From an uncultured Eubacteriaceae bacterium (GTDB lineage Bacteria; Bacillota; Clostridia; Eubacteriales; UBA1433): a DNA stretch of 64,000 nt. The stretch covers positions 16,145 to 80,144 of the forward strand of contig CAZOOZ010000009.1 in NCBI GenBank assembly GCA_964581565.1, in the 5' to 3' direction. The notes beneath the pieces are model-generated. The model saw only the letters and a list, made by a program, of their open reading frames with translations, did not search any database and was not told where the DNA came from. The translations under genes and the position numbers were made by a program. Below, piece after piece: positions 37,870 through 48,421 of this stretch (positions are counted from its first letter, which is position 1; each line of letters begins with the position of its first letter).

Positions 37870-39216
37870 CTAACCTAGTAATAAATCACCCTCGGGGTAT
37901 TGATAAGTACCCTCTGGTGTGCTGGTGTTTTTGGACAATGCAAGCGCAATCGTCAGTGGCCCGAGACGTCCGATAAACATAGCGGTTGTAAGTAGTATTT
38001 TGCCTGTTGTTGATAGCGTGGGAGTAATTCCCATACTTAACCCAACGGTACCGAAAGCCGAAAATACTTCGAAGACAATATCTCTCATTGATGCATCTTC
38101 CGTAACAGACAATGCGAATATATAACATATTATTAAAATGATTGTAAACACAGCTATCGTAATTGCTTTTTTTAATAAGTTTTGAGTGATTCTTTTATGA
38201 AAAATATTAATACTTTCTCTGCCTCGTATCCAAGAATAGACGGTAATAAGCAGGACAGACAGTGTGGTTGTTTTTATCCCGCCCGCTGTTGAACCCGGAG
38301 AGCCGCCTATAAACATTAAAATGATGAATAACAGGATCGTGCCTCCTGTCAGAGAACTCACATTAAGCGTATTAAAACCTGCGGTTCTAGGTGTGATGGC
38401 ATTAAAGAAAGCTTGGGTTACTTTGTCGGAAATACTAAGCGAACCAAACGTATCCGGATTATTATATTCAAATAGCAATATCAAAACAGCAGCTAAGATA
38501 ATTAATATTGTTGTAGCAGATAAAACTAATTTAGAATGAAATGAAAGTGATTTTAAATTTTTCCTTTTTATGATTAAGTCTTCCATAACAAAAAAACCTA
38601 AACCGCCTATAACAATTAAAAACATGGTCACGATAAGAACAAAAGGATTAGATACATAAGAGGTCAGACTTGAAAAATTACCCATGATATCAAAGCCCGC
38701 ATTACAAAAAGCAGATATCGAGTGAAAGATACTTACGCCGATTCCTTTCATTACTCCAAGCTGCGGTATAAAAGTAAACATAAGTAAAACAGCGCCTATG
38801 AACTCGGTCGTAAAAGTAAAAACAAGTATGTGTTTTGTGATACGTACAACGCCTCCGGTTTGTGCAAAATTATAAGAATCTTTCAATGTAACTCTATTTT
38901 GAATAGTTATTTTTTTACGTGTTAAGAGCAGTACAAAGGTTACCAGACTCATGAAGCCTATGCCGCCTGTTTGAATTAAAAGCAATATAACAATTTTACC
39001 GAATACGGACCAGTGGATGCCTGTATCCAAGACAACAAGACCGGTAACGCATACAGAAGAGGTAGAGGTAAAAATACAGTCTATAATGGGTGTATACGAG
39101 TGGTTGCTTGATGAAATAGGCATAGAGAGCAGAATGCTGCCAAGCAGTATAAGAGATAAAAACCCAAATACCAATTTTTTTGAAGTTGAAGAATGTTTTT
39201 TTAATGGTTTTTTCAT
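37870..39216 (-). CDS. ktrB: Ktr/Trk potassium uptake membrane subunit (KtrB type)
   Basis: 448-aa polytopic protein with filter-like glycine motifs (CVTGL, NAGFD, RTAGFN, STAGGIKT). Confidence 0.88.
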   Translation of the reverse strand: MKKPLKKHSSTSKKLVFGFLSLILLGSILLSMPISSSNHSYTPIIDCIFTSTSSVCVTGLVVLDTGIHWSVFGKIVILLLIQTGGIGFMSLVTFVLLLTRKKITIQNRVTLKDSYNFAQTGGVVRITKHILVFTFTTEFIGAVLLMFTFIPQLGVMKGIGVSIFHSISAFCNAGFDIMGNFSSLTSYVSNPFVLIVTMFLIVIGGLGFFVMEDLIIKRKNLKSLSFHSKLVLSATTILIILAAVLILLFEYNNPDTFGSLSISDKVTQAFFNAITPRTAGFNTLNVSSLTGGTILLFIILMFIGGSPGSTAGGIKTTTLSVLLITVYSWIRGRESINIFHKRITQNLLKKAITIAVFTIILIICYIFALSVTEDASMRDIVFEVFSAFGTVGLSMGITPTLSTTGKILLTTAMFIGRLGPLTIALALSKNTSTPEGTYQYPEGDLLLG

Positions 39217-39298
39217 GACGATCTCTCCATTGTATTCAAGCCATATTAACGTTTTCTTGTAAAAAAGTCAATTAAATTCACTGCCGGACAGCTCGAAT

Positions 39299-41014
39299 TC
39301 AGATTGTCTTAAGCGATTTAATCAATGTTTCATCCGGTGTTATATATAAGGTCGAATAATGTGTATATGTTACTTTCCCCGGCGGCGCATTTCTTATCTT
39401 GCGTACATAAGAAATAGTGGTATAATCCACGGGAACATTTTGGCTGTTTCTAGCTTTAGAAAAAAAGGCGCTTAAATTGGCGGCTTCCAGTATTGTATTT
39501 TTAGGAACTTGTTTTGCATTTGTTTTTATAATGACATGAGAGCCGGCAATGATCTTTGTATGCAGCCAGATATCTTGTTTCTTGGCAAATTTATGGGTTA
39601 GGTATTCGTTTTGTTTATCATTTTTACCGACATATATGTCAAAACCATCTGATGAAATAAAATGATGCGGCATAGATATAGTCTGATGTTGTCTTGCCTT
39701 AAATTCTTTGATATAGCCTTGTGATTTGAGCAGTTCAAGCACTTCATCTATCTCATCGGCCGTTGTACTCTGTGTTGCATAATAAAGCTGATCCGTTAAA
39801 AAAGAGAGCTCATTTTTAGATGCTTCTGCTTGTTTTTCAAGATGTGAGATTGCATTTTTTAATTTCTTATATTTTTTAAAATATTTTTCTGCATTTTCAA
39901 ATACAGTTAAATTCTTATCAAGTGGAATGTTTACAATGCTGTTATTGTCATTAAAAATATTAACGGCATTATAAGAAGAAACTCCGTTTTTGATATCATA
40001 ACTGTAGGTAAGTAAAAGTTGCCCGAATATGTTATAGTCTTCGTTTTTTTCGCTCTCAGATAATTCTTTATTAATTTTAACCAATTTATTATCGGAGCGT
40101 TTTATAAGCGGAGTTAGAACCGAGCGGATTAAATTCATTTTTTGTTTTAGATTTGTTTGAATAAGTATACTATCATAAAATGAAGTACATAAATCAAGTA
40201 TATTGGTGTACACATATAAAATAATGGTATGATCCTGATAATCATATAAATTGAAAAAATATAAATCTTTATAAATTTTATTTTTTTCAAAAATAAAATA
40301 TTGTTCTGGTTGAGTTAATGATTTTTTTATAGCATTAAAAAGAGCAGAGAGCCACTGCGGATCAGAGAGAGATATATTTGATAAGATATATTGTGCATAT
40401 GCATTGCTGGCACCGTCGATAATGCGTACAATGGCATCTTTTAGCTCTAGATCAAACGATTGCATTGCATTTTCAAATTCATTTCTTTGCATTGTATACG
40501 GATTGAGTTTATCACTGGGCGGCATCTTATAAATTTGCTTAGGCAAAATCAAACGAACAGAGCTTTTTGAGGAGTCTATTTTTTTAATGCTGTCGATAAT
40601 AAGCAAAAATTCATCAGCAAGAATGATATTTGCGTTTTTACCCGTAAGTTCACATATCAAATATCGTGTGCGTAAATCTCCAATTTCGTCTGCCTGTTCT
40701 ATCTCAAAAGTCAGTATTCTATCATGTGCGTTTTGTGTAATTTTTTTTATTTTTCCACTTGATATATGTTTTCTCAGCAGCATGCAAAACGAGGAAGGAG
40801 AAATAGGATTATCTTCATTTTGTTTTGTGAAACATATATGAGGATACAAGCTGTCGGCACAGATTCGTAGCTTCATTGAGCCATGACCGGCAGCATATAT
40901 TTCAAATAAAATATGGTAAGCATAAGGTTGATAAACTTTGCTTATTCTGGCGTTCGTCAATACTTCATTCAATTCGGCGCATAAAAATCCAGTCATAAAA
41001 CCATCAAAGGGCAT
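39299..41014 (-). CDS. rqcH: Ribosome quality control factor RqcH (NFACT / fibronectin-binding protein A family)
   Basis: MPFDGFMT N-terminus (NFACT-N), a central coiled coil, and a C-terminal NFACT-R-like region (DIWLHTKIIAGSHVII). Start refined to the ATG that has GAGGTG 6 nt upstream. Confidence 0.85.
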   Translation of the reverse strand: MPFDGFMTGFLCAELNEVLTNARISKVYQPYAYHILFEIYAAGHGSMKLRICADSLYPHICFTKQNEDNPISPSSFCMLLRKHISSGKIKKITQNAHDRILTFEIEQADEIGDLRTRYLICELTGKNANIILADEFLLIIDSIKKIDSSKSSVRLILPKQIYKMPPSDKLNPYTMQRNEFENAMQSFDLELKDAIVRIIDGASNAYAQYILSNISLSDPQWLSALFNAIKKSLTQPEQYFIFEKNKIYKDLYFFNLYDYQDHTIILYVYTNILDLCTSFYDSILIQTNLKQKMNLIRSVLTPLIKRSDNKLVKINKELSESEKNEDYNIFGQLLLTYSYDIKNGVSSYNAVNIFNDNNSIVNIPLDKNLTVFENAEKYFKKYKKLKNAISHLEKQAEASKNELSFLTDQLYYATQSTTADEIDEVLELLKSQGYIKEFKARQHQTISMPHHFISSDGFDIYVGKNDKQNEYLTHKFAKKQDIWLHTKIIAGSHVIIKTNAKQVPKNTILEAANLSAFFSKARNSQNVPVDYTTISYVRKIRNAPPGKVTYTHYSTLYITPDETLIKSLKTI

Positions 41015-41138
41015 GGCATTCACCTCTAATGTATTTTAACATAGATTGTAAATTTTGGTTATCATTTTAAGAAATATTGGATGTGGCAAAATTATGTGAT
41101 ATAATGTAATGAAACTTTTTATTTGTTACGAGGCGTTT

Positions 41139-41978
41139 ATGGATTTTCATAAAATGCATGGATTAAAAAATGATTTTATTGTGATTAATAATCTCTGCAA
41201 TAATATCACACTTTCCGGCGAACAGATAGCTTTTTTGTGCGAGAGAAAGGCCGGTATAGGAGCGGATGGACTTATATTAGTATCTGCTGCCTTGGAATTT
41301 GCGGATGTGGTTATGGATTATTATAACAGCGATGGATCGATTGCCGAAATATGCGGTAATGGTTTGAGATGCACCGCCAAATATGCATTTGACCAAAAAA
41401 TTGCGGCGATGCGGACAATAGCTATACAATCAAATAATAAAATATATAAAGCTGTAATAGAAGAGCTTGACAGCAAAGGTCAGGCGAATATAATTAGTGT
41501 CAATATGGGCAGTGCTATTTTCGAAAAAACAAAAATTCCGGTAGATATCAAACAAGATGCTGCATTTGATATAAAAGTCAATATAGAAGGGAAAGATATA
41601 GCGTTTTCTGCTGTGGCTATGCCAAATCCGCATGCAGTTATTCTTGTAGATAATATCGACTATAATTATATTCGAAAAATTGGCTCAAAACTGCAAAACC
41701 ATAGTCTCTTTCCGCAAAAAGCGAACATTAATTTTGCTAAAGTAAATTCGCGTAGCGATATTAATTTAGTGACATATGAAAGAGGAGTAGGCATCACGCA
41801 TGCATGCGGCAGCGGAGCCTGTGCAACCGGCATTGTTTTAAATAAAAAAGGGCTTGCAGAACGGAATATGACAATTCATATGCGAGGCGGAGATTTATAC
41901 ATACAAATCGAAGATAATGAAGATATAACAATGTCTGGGCAGGCGGCAACAGTATATAAAGGCGAAATTGATATTTAA
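41139..41978 (+). CDS. dapF: Diaminopimelate epimerase
   Basis: FHKMHGLKNDF, with catalytic Cys contexts CGNGLRC and ACGSGACA. Start refined to MDFHK (RBS GAGG). Confidence 0.93.
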   Translation: MDFHKMHGLKNDFIVINNLCNNITLSGEQIAFLCERKAGIGADGLILVSAALEFADVVMDYYNSDGSIAEICGNGLRCTAKYAFDQKIAAMRTIAIQSNNKIYKAVIEELDSKGQANIISVNMGSAIFEKTKIPVDIKQDAAFDIKVNIEGKDIAFSAVAMPNPHAVILVDNIDYNYIRKIGSKLQNHSLFPQKANINFAKVNSRSDINLVTYERGVGITHACGSGACATGIVLNKKGLAERNMTIHMRGGDLYIQIEDNEDITMSGQAATVYKGEIDI

Positions 41979-41997
41979 AGGATGGATTATATAGACG

Positions 41998-42873
41998 ATG
42001 AATAGTATGACGGGGTTCGGTAGAGGCGAATATGCAAATGAACAGTTTATGATTACGGTGGAAATAAAAACAGTCAATCATAGATATAAGGATTTTTTTA
42101 TCAAAATGCCCAAGCAATTCAATTGTTTTGAAGATAGGCTCAGAGCACTCATTAGTCAAAAAATACTGCGCGGCAGAATCGAAGTATATGTCGGCATCAA
42201 ATTTTTGAAAGACAAACCGGTCAATATTTATCTCGATGCTTCTCTTGCGAAGCAATATTATGATCTTCTAAATCAAATAGGCGATATGTTTATCGACATT
42301 GAGAAAGATATTAAAATCAGTAATATAGCAAGATTTCCGGATATTATCAAGAGCGATGAAAATACGGAAAAATACATAGAACTCTGGGAGTATGTAAAAA
42401 TTGCGGCGGAAGATGCGGTGATGATGTTATGCGCAGCAAGACAGCGTGAAGGCGCACAATTGAAAAATGATATAATAAGCAAGTGTGAAGACGCAAAATC
42501 ACTGTTGCAAAAAGTAGAAAAAGAAGCCGACAGCATACCGCAAGCATGTGAGGCAAAAATAAATGAGGTGTTGACTCGCTATGATATTAAAGAGATAGAT
42601 GCAAACCGCCTTGCGGCAGAAATTGCATTTTTAGCTGAAAGAGCAAGTATAGATGAGGAGATAACAAGGCTGAAGACACATATTCAGGCTTTGGAAGATA
42701 CACTGGAATGTAAAAATGATATTGGCAGAAAGCTGGATTTTATCCTGCAGGAAATGAACAGGGAAGCAAATACAATCGCTTCAAAATCAAATAGTGCGAG
42801 TATTAGTATGAACGTGGTCGACATAAAAAGCGATATAGAAAAAATCAGGGAACAAATTCAAAATATAGAATAG
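41998..42873 (+). CDS. yicC: YicC-family stress-induced protein (endoribonuclease YloC-like)
   Basis: MTGFGRGE N-terminus and C-terminal EMNREANTIASK motif. Conserved yicC-remA-gmk-rpoZ order. Confidence 0.88.
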   Translation: MNSMTGFGRGEYANEQFMITVEIKTVNHRYKDFFIKMPKQFNCFEDRLRALISQKILRGRIEVYVGIKFLKDKPVNIYLDASLAKQYYDLLNQIGDMFIDIEKDIKISNIARFPDIIKSDENTEKYIELWEYVKIAAEDAVMMLCAARQREGAQLKNDIISKCEDAKSLLQKVEKEADSIPQACEAKINEVLTRYDIKEIDANRLAAEIAFLAERASIDEEITRLKTHIQALEDTLECKNDIGRKLDFILQEMNREANTIASKSNSASISMNVVDIKSDIEKIREQIQNIE

Positions 42874-42880
42874 GTGATGT

Positions 42881-43129
42881 ATGATATTTTTAAATATTGG
42901 GTTCGGAAATTTAGTAAACGGAGAAAAAATCATAGCGATCATATCACCTGAATCTGCGCCTTCAAGACGAGTAATCAGTGAAGCAAAAAAATCGGGTAAC
43001 TTAATAGACGCTACGCAAGGAAGAAAAACACGAGCTGTTGTTATTATGGAAAATCATGATGTTGTATTATCTGCTGTGATGCCGGATACGATAATGTCAA
43101 GAAATTTCAGGGGAGAAAAAAGTGAATAG
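42881..43129 (+). CDS. remA: DUF370 protein RemA (extracellular matrix/biofilm regulator)
   Basis: 82 aa with NIGFGNLVNGEKIIAIISPESAPSRR and ATQGRKTRAVV. Confidence 0.88.
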   Translation: MIFLNIGFGNLVNGEKIIAIISPESAPSRRVISEAKKSGNLIDATQGRKTRAVVIMENHDVVLSAVMPDTIMSRNFRGEKSE

Positions 43130-43730
43130 AGGAAAATTAATCGTAGTATCGGGGCCCAGCGGGGCGGGGAAAAGTACCATTTGTCAAAGGGCGGTGACTT
43201 GCGGTGATTGTTATTTATCTATTTCGGCAACTACGCGAAAACCAAGGATAGGCGAAGATCATTCGAATTATTTATTCTTGAGCGAAGAAGAGTTTGTAAA
43301 AAGAATAAATAAAAATGAATTTTTGGAATATGCTTGTGTGCATGGCAATTACTATGGAACATTAAAACAACCTGTATTTGAAAAAATGAATTTGGGCATA
43401 AATGTTATATTGGAAATTGATGTACAAGGCAGTATGTTAATAAAAGATATTTATCCCGACTGCGAGATGATTTTTGTGTTGCCGCCGTCACTCGCGGAAT
43501 TAAAGAAAAGACTTTCCGCGAGAAAAACGGAAACCGTACAGCAATATAGCATGCGTTTAAAAAATGCAGTCAAAGAGATCGGAATGGCCGATAAATACGA
43601 TTTTTTGGTAATAAACGATAAAGTAGAAAATGCGGTTGAAGATATTAAGGATATTATAAAAATAATCAATAGAAAAATGAAATATAATATGTATTTCATT
43701 AATTTATTTTTAAATGAGGAGGAATTTTAA
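43122..43730 (+). CDS. gmk: Guanylate kinase
   Basis: GPSGAGKST P-loop and ISATTRKPR motif. Confidence 0.95.
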   Translation: MNRGKLIVVSGPSGAGKSTICQRAVTCGDCYLSISATTRKPRIGEDHSNYLFLSEEEFVKRINKNEFLEYACVHGNYYGTLKQPVFEKMNLGINVILEIDVQGSMLIKDIYPDCEMIFVLPPSLAELKKRLSARKTETVQQYSMRLKNAVKEIGMADKYDFLVINDKVENAVEDIKDIIKIINRKMKYNMYFINLFLNEEEF

Positions 43731-43924
43731 TGATAAAGCCATCTATAGGAGAATTACTTAAAAAGGTAGACAATAAATATTCATTGATTTATGTAGCGGC
43801 TAACAGAGCGAGAGAACTGATTAACGGGGATGAGACACTTGCAGAAGAGACGGAACTCAACGCTGTCAGCACTGCAGTCAGTGAAATCATGGACGATAAA
43901 ATCACGTATCACTACAAACAATAA
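43730..43924 (+). CDS. rpoZ: DNA-directed RNA polymerase subunit omega
   Basis: 64 aa with NKYSLIYVAANRARELI. 1-nt overlap with gmk. Confidence 0.88.
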   Translation: MIKPSIGELLKKVDNKYSLIYVAANRARELINGDETLAEETELNAVSTAVSEIMDDKITYHYKQ

Positions 43925-43975
43925 TAATGAAATGGCGTACTAAAGTACGCTGTTGTCATTCATGGTGAAAAATAA

Positions 43976-46243
43976 ATGATTCCGCAAAAACCGGAGCAGA
44001 AAATGAATGAAATATCAAGTATCAGTAGAAAAAATATTGTAGAAGTCATTATCAATGAAAAAGGTTTTGTGTTTGACCGAACCTTTGATTATAGTCTGCC
44101 CCCGCAGCTGCAGCAAGCTGCTCAAGCGGGGAAAGTGGCGTTGGTTCCTTTTGGAAAAAACAATAAGCACAGAGAAGCATTTATACTAAAAATAAAAGAT
44201 ACATCGCAAAAAGATATCGAATTAAAAAAAGTTATTGATATCTATGAAGCACCTGTTCCGATAACAACAACACAATTAATGCTCTGTGATTTTCTGAGAG
44301 ATGAATATTTTTGCACTTATGCAGACGCTTTTTCCTGTGTCTTGCCTAAATTTGCAAGGAAAAGCGGTAAAGAGCAGTATAAGAGGCTTGTAAAATTGAG
44401 TGGATTATATGATTCGAAAGAAGAGTATTTAAAACATTTAAAATCAAACGCTACAGCGCAAAGAGCAATTATAGAAGCATTGAGCGAAGAAAATATCGAG
44501 TTAGAGAATCTAAAAAAAAGCAGGAAAATAAGCAATAAAGCATTACAGGAACTCTGCAAAAAAGGATTTATCAAAATGCAAAAAAATGAGTTCTACGATG
44601 TTCATTATAAAGAAGGAAAATTAGTAAGAGAAAAAACAAACCAATTATCAAAGGCCCAGAAAGCCGTGTTAGACGAGTATGGTGTATCCGGAAAAGATAA
44701 ATTTTTGTTGCATGGTATCACCGGGAGCGGGAAAACGGAAGTATATTTAACGATGATAGAAGACATTATAAACCAGGGAAAGCAAGCTTTATATCTGCTG
44801 CCGGAGATAGCGCTGACTACACAAACCGTGCAAAGAATTACAAATCGATTCGGTTCTTGTGCTGTTGTGCACAGCCGTATATCTGAAGGAGAGCGATATT
44901 ATCAATATAAGCAGATAGCCTCCGGTAAAGCCAAAGTGATTCTCGGTGCGCGTTCTGCCTTGTTTTATCCTTATGCCGATTTGGGGATCGTTATTTTAGA
45001 TGAATGTCACGAGGAAAGCTATAAATCAAATTCGTCCCCGCGGTATGACAGTATAGAAGTGGCACAAGAGCTTACAAAGTATCACCACGCGAAACTAATC
45101 TTAGGTTCTGCTACGCCGAGTATAGAAAGCTATTATGATGCATTGCAAGGAGATTATCATTTGCTAACACTGCCTGAGCGCATTTTTGGAAGAGCATTGC
45201 CCAATATAATTATTAACGATATGAGGGAAGAATTAAAAAAAGGAAACAGAAGTGTTTTTTCGGTCGGATTGCAGAATGCATTGCAGGAAGCACTGGATAC
45301 CGGCCGACAAAGCATATTGTTTTTAAATAGGAGGGGAATGTATACCTACGTATTTTGCAGGCAGTGCGGATATGTGGAACGATGTGAATTCTGCGATGTA
45401 GCTCTTACATATCACCACGATACAAAGAAAATGGTATGCCATTACTGCGGTTACGAAAAAAGTATGGAAGCATTTTGCCCGTCTTGCGGAAGTGATAAAA
45501 TCCGGCATGCGGGCTTTGGCACACAGCGCATTGAGAGCGAGATTGAACAAAAATTTCCCTATGCAAGAATCATAAGGATGGATAAAGACACAACGTCGAA
45601 AAAATATGCTTTTGATGAAATTACCTATGCCTTCAAAGAACACAAAGCAGATATTCTTATCGGGACACAAATGGTTGTAAAAGGATTCGATTTTCCACTT
45701 GTCAGTGTTGTAGGTGTTGTGCTTGCGGATATGGCGCTCAACATGCCCGATATCTATTCATCTTTTAGAGCGTTTTGCCTTGCTTATCAGGCGGCGGGCA
45801 GATGCGGTAGAAAAGAAGGTGGTGGTGATGTATATATCCAAACTTACTCTCCGCAGCATTACGTCATCAAGCATATTGAACATTATGATTATATCGGATT
45901 TTATCATGATGAAATTTCCTACAGAAAAAAACTTAATTATCCGCCTTTTTGTCATCTATACGGATTTTATTTTTTAGATGAAGATGAGATAAAGGCAAGA
46001 GATATTGCATACGTTTTTGCGCAAGAACTGATTGAAAAGATCAAGGATGAACAATGCAGACTTTTTAAAATTTATCATCCGACTAAACCAAGCGTTGCAT
46101 ACATAGGAAATAAACACATTTTTCATGTTATCATAAAGACAAGCGCTGAAAAAAATGTTAAAAAAGTAATGAAATTGGTATATAATAATATAATTAACAA
46201 AAATAATATTCATTCATATATGCAGAAAAATGCGGGAGTATAG
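43976..46243 (+). CDS. priA: Primosomal replication-restart helicase PriA
   Basis: GITGSGKTEVY, DECHE, and the Cys-rich zinc insertion (CRQCGY..CEFCD..CHYCG..CPSCGS). The start may instead be the ATG at 44003. Confidence 0.95.
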   Translation: MIPQKPEQKMNEISSISRKNIVEVIINEKGFVFDRTFDYSLPPQLQQAAQAGKVALVPFGKNNKHREAFILKIKDTSQKDIELKKVIDIYEAPVPITTTQLMLCDFLRDEYFCTYADAFSCVLPKFARKSGKEQYKRLVKLSGLYDSKEEYLKHLKSNATAQRAIIEALSEENIELENLKKSRKISNKALQELCKKGFIKMQKNEFYDVHYKEGKLVREKTNQLSKAQKAVLDEYGVSGKDKFLLHGITGSGKTEVYLTMIEDIINQGKQALYLLPEIALTTQTVQRITNRFGSCAVVHSRISEGERYYQYKQIASGKAKVILGARSALFYPYADLGIVILDECHEESYKSNSSPRYDSIEVAQELTKYHHAKLILGSATPSIESYYDALQGDYHLLTLPERIFGRALPNIIINDMREELKKGNRSVFSVGLQNALQEALDTGRQSILFLNRRGMYTYVFCRQCGYVERCEFCDVALTYHHDTKKMVCHYCGYEKSMEAFCPSCGSDKIRHAGFGTQRIESEIEQKFPYARIIRMDKDTTSKKYAFDEITYAFKEHKADILIGTQMVVKGFDFPLVSVVGVVLADMALNMPDIYSSFRAFCLAYQAAGRCGRKEGGGDVYIQTYSPQHYVIKHIEHYDYIGFYHDEISYRKKLNYPPFCHLYGFYFLDEDEIKARDIAYVFAQELIEKIKDEQCRLFKIYHPTKPSVAYIGNKHIFHVIIKTSAEKNVKKVMKLVYNNIINKNNIHSYMQKNAGV

Positions 46244-46248
46244 TAGAT

Positions 46249-46749
46249 ATGGCACAAAGATTTATAAGAACACAGGAAGATCAGATATTATATAAAAAAT
46301 CAAAGTATGTAACTGAAATTACAGACAGAATAAAACAAATATTAGATGATATGGTGGAGACTATGCAAGTAAATAAGGGGATGGGGCTGGCCGCCGTACA
46401 GGTGGGTATTTTAAAAAGATTAGTTGTTATTCAATATGAAGATAAGTTATATAGATTAATAAATCCAAAAATTATCAGCAGTGACGGAGAAGAAGTGGCT
46501 TATGAAGGTTGCTTGAGTGTGCCGGGCAAGCATATGTCTGTCAAAAGACCGTTAAATGTGAAGGTGGAAGCACTTAATGAAGATGGCCGGACTATGACAA
46601 TAGAAGCGACAGGCCATTTGGCAAGAGCCTTTTGTCATGAAATTGATCATCTTGATGGGATTTTATATATTCAAAAGGCGGATTATTCGCAGCCGGTATT
46701 ATATGATAACGAGATGGAAGAAACGGAAGATGCAGAGCAGCAAAGCTAA
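46249..46749 (+). CDS. def: Peptide deformylase
   Basis: GLAAVQVG, EGCLSVPG and HEIDHLDG motifs. Confidence 0.96.
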   Translation: MAQRFIRTQEDQILYKKSKYVTEITDRIKQILDDMVETMQVNKGMGLAAVQVGILKRLVVIQYEDKLYRLINPKIISSDGEEVAYEGCLSVPGKHMSVKRPLNVKVEALNEDGRTMTIEATGHLARAFCHEIDHLDGILYIQKADYSQPVLYDNEMEETEDAEQQS

Positions 46750-46767
46750 AGAAAAGAGTAGAGTTTC

Positions 46768-47700
46768 ATGAAAATTATTTATGCGGCAACGCCGGATTTT
46801 GCGATAGCGCCACTTAAGGCAATTTTAAATTCGGACAGTAAAGTAGAGTTAATTATTACGCAACCAGATAAAGTGAATGCAAGAGGCAATAAAGTAATCG
46901 TTTCACCTATTAAAGAGATAGCTCTAAAATACAATATTGAGCTTTTTCAACCTGAGAATATTAACTCTGCCGAGAGTGTGCAATATATAAAAAGTTTTGG
47001 TCCGGAACTTTTGATTACCGCAGCTTACGGGCAAATTTTAAAAGAAGATATATTAAATATTCCTATCCATGGATGTGTCAACATACACGCCTCGCTGTTG
47101 CCGAAGTTAAGAGGGGCTGCTCCTATTAACAGGGCTATTATGAACGGGATGGATAAAAGCGGTATCACAATCATGAAAATGGATAAAGGCATGGATACAG
47201 GCGATATTATTTTGCAAAGAGAAATACAAATCGATAGTATCATGACGGCCGGGATACTGCATGATAAATTATCAGAACTTGGCTCCGAGCTCATTGTAAG
47301 ATTTTTGGAGGATGTAGAAGGGTATTTAGCAGAAGCCAGAAAGCAGGATGAGAGCAAGGCAAGTATAGCGGCAAAAATATCAAAAGAAGAATTATTTATA
47401 GACTTTAATGATAACAGTCAAAACATTTACAATAAAATACGTGGCCTAAGCCCTTATCCGACGGCAAGATGCTATATAAACAATAGAATCTTAAAAATAT
47501 ATCAATGCGAAATCATTTATAAAAAATTTGAAAAGCAAGCCAGCCAGGTGGTATGTTTTGATAAGAAAAATGGATTTATTGTTAAAACAAAAGATAAAGC
47601 TTTAAGGCTCCTTAAGGTGCAGCAAGAAGGGAAAAAAATCTTAGATGATATACCATTCATCATTGGATATAATATAAAAGAGGGTATTACCCTGCATTAA
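46768..47700 (+). CDS. fmt: Methionyl-tRNA formyltransferase
   Basis: NIHASLLPKLRGAAPI motif. def-fmt pairing. Confidence 0.94.
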   Translation: MKIIYAATPDFAIAPLKAILNSDSKVELIITQPDKVNARGNKVIVSPIKEIALKYNIELFQPENINSAESVQYIKSFGPELLITAAYGQILKEDILNIPIHGCVNIHASLLPKLRGAAPINRAIMNGMDKSGITIMKMDKGMDTGDIILQREIQIDSIMTAGILHDKLSELGSELIVRFLEDVEGYLAEARKQDESKASIAAKISKEELFIDFNDNSQNIYNKIRGLSPYPTARCYINNRILKIYQCEIIYKKFEKQASQVVCFDKKNGFIVKTKDKALRLLKVQQEGKKILDDIPFIIGYNIKEGITLH

Positions 47701-47731
47701 AAAAAATCAATAATTATAGGAGGTTATTTTT

Positions 47732-48421
47732 ATGCTTTGGTACAGCTCCGCGATTTTTGTAATAGCATTAGGCTTTATCATAAGCCTTTATGCAAATATT
47801 AGAGTAAGAACCACATACAATAAATTTAGCAAAATAGGAAATTCGAAAAATATAACAGGAGACGAAGCGGCAAGAAGAATTCTGGATTCGGCAGGGTTGC
47901 GCAATGTTGAAATCGAACATATCAGAGGGAATTTGACAGATCACTATGATCCGAGAAGTCAGGTCTTAAGATTATCGGAAGGAGTATATGGCTCGACAAG
48001 CATCGCCGCCATCGGTATTGCGGCGCATGAAGCAGGCCATGCAATCCAGCATGCCACAAAATATTCTCCGCTGATTATCAGGAATTCAATCGTTCCTGTA
48101 GTGAATATAGCAACAAATGCTTCATGGATTATCTTCTTAATCGGTTTTGCCTTCAGCGGAAACGGGGGCATCACGCTGATGAACATCGGGATTGTGCTTT
48201 TCACTTTTGCAGTACTTTTTCAACTCATTACTCTGCCTGTAGAATTAAACGCCAGCAAGAGAGCAGTTGAGCAGATAGAGACCGTTTCCATTGGAGACGT
48301 TGAAGATGTTCAAGGAGTTAAAAAAGTCTTAAGTGCGGCTGCAATGACTTATGTAGCTGCATTGCTTGTGGCATTGCTTCAATTATTTAGACTTATCGTG
48401 CTACGAGGCAGCCGGGATTAA
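47732..48421 (+). CDS. Membrane zinc metallopeptidase (Zn_peptidase_2-like family)
   Basis: HEAGHAIQH motif, an N-terminal TM and C-terminal TMs. Confidence 0.85.
   Translation: MLWYSSAIFVIALGFIISLYANIRVRTTYNKFSKIGNSKNITGDEAARRILDSAGLRNVEIEHIRGNLTDHYDPRSQVLRLSEGVYGSTSIAAIGIAAHEAGHAIQHATKYSPLIIRNSIVPVVNIATNASWIIFLIGFAFSGNGGITLMNIGIVLFTFAVLFQLITLPVELNASKRAVEQIETVSIGDVEDVQGVKKVLSAAAMTYVAALLVALLQLFRLIVLRGSRD

Noticed and set aside
39217-39298. c-di-AMP (ydaO/kimA-type) riboswitch upstream of ktrB, and likewise upstream of trkA (14414-14606)
   Set aside because: Only 82 nt separate rqcH and ktrB, which is too short. The trkA upstream region is AT-rich with no conserved paired elements visible by eye. 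A covariance-model scan would be needed to be definitive.
41794-42255. 153-aa minus-strand ORF spanning the dapF 3' end and the yicC 5' end
   Set aside because: It overlaps two well-supported plus-strand genes. It has odd composition and no RBS. It is a typical spurious long ORF in AT-rich DNA.
43935-43950. GCGTAC-taaa-GTACGC hairpin after rpoZ as a possible terminator
   Set aside because: The stem is only 6 bp and the T-tract is weak (tgttgt). priA follows 26 nt later in what is normally one operon. It is too weak to call.
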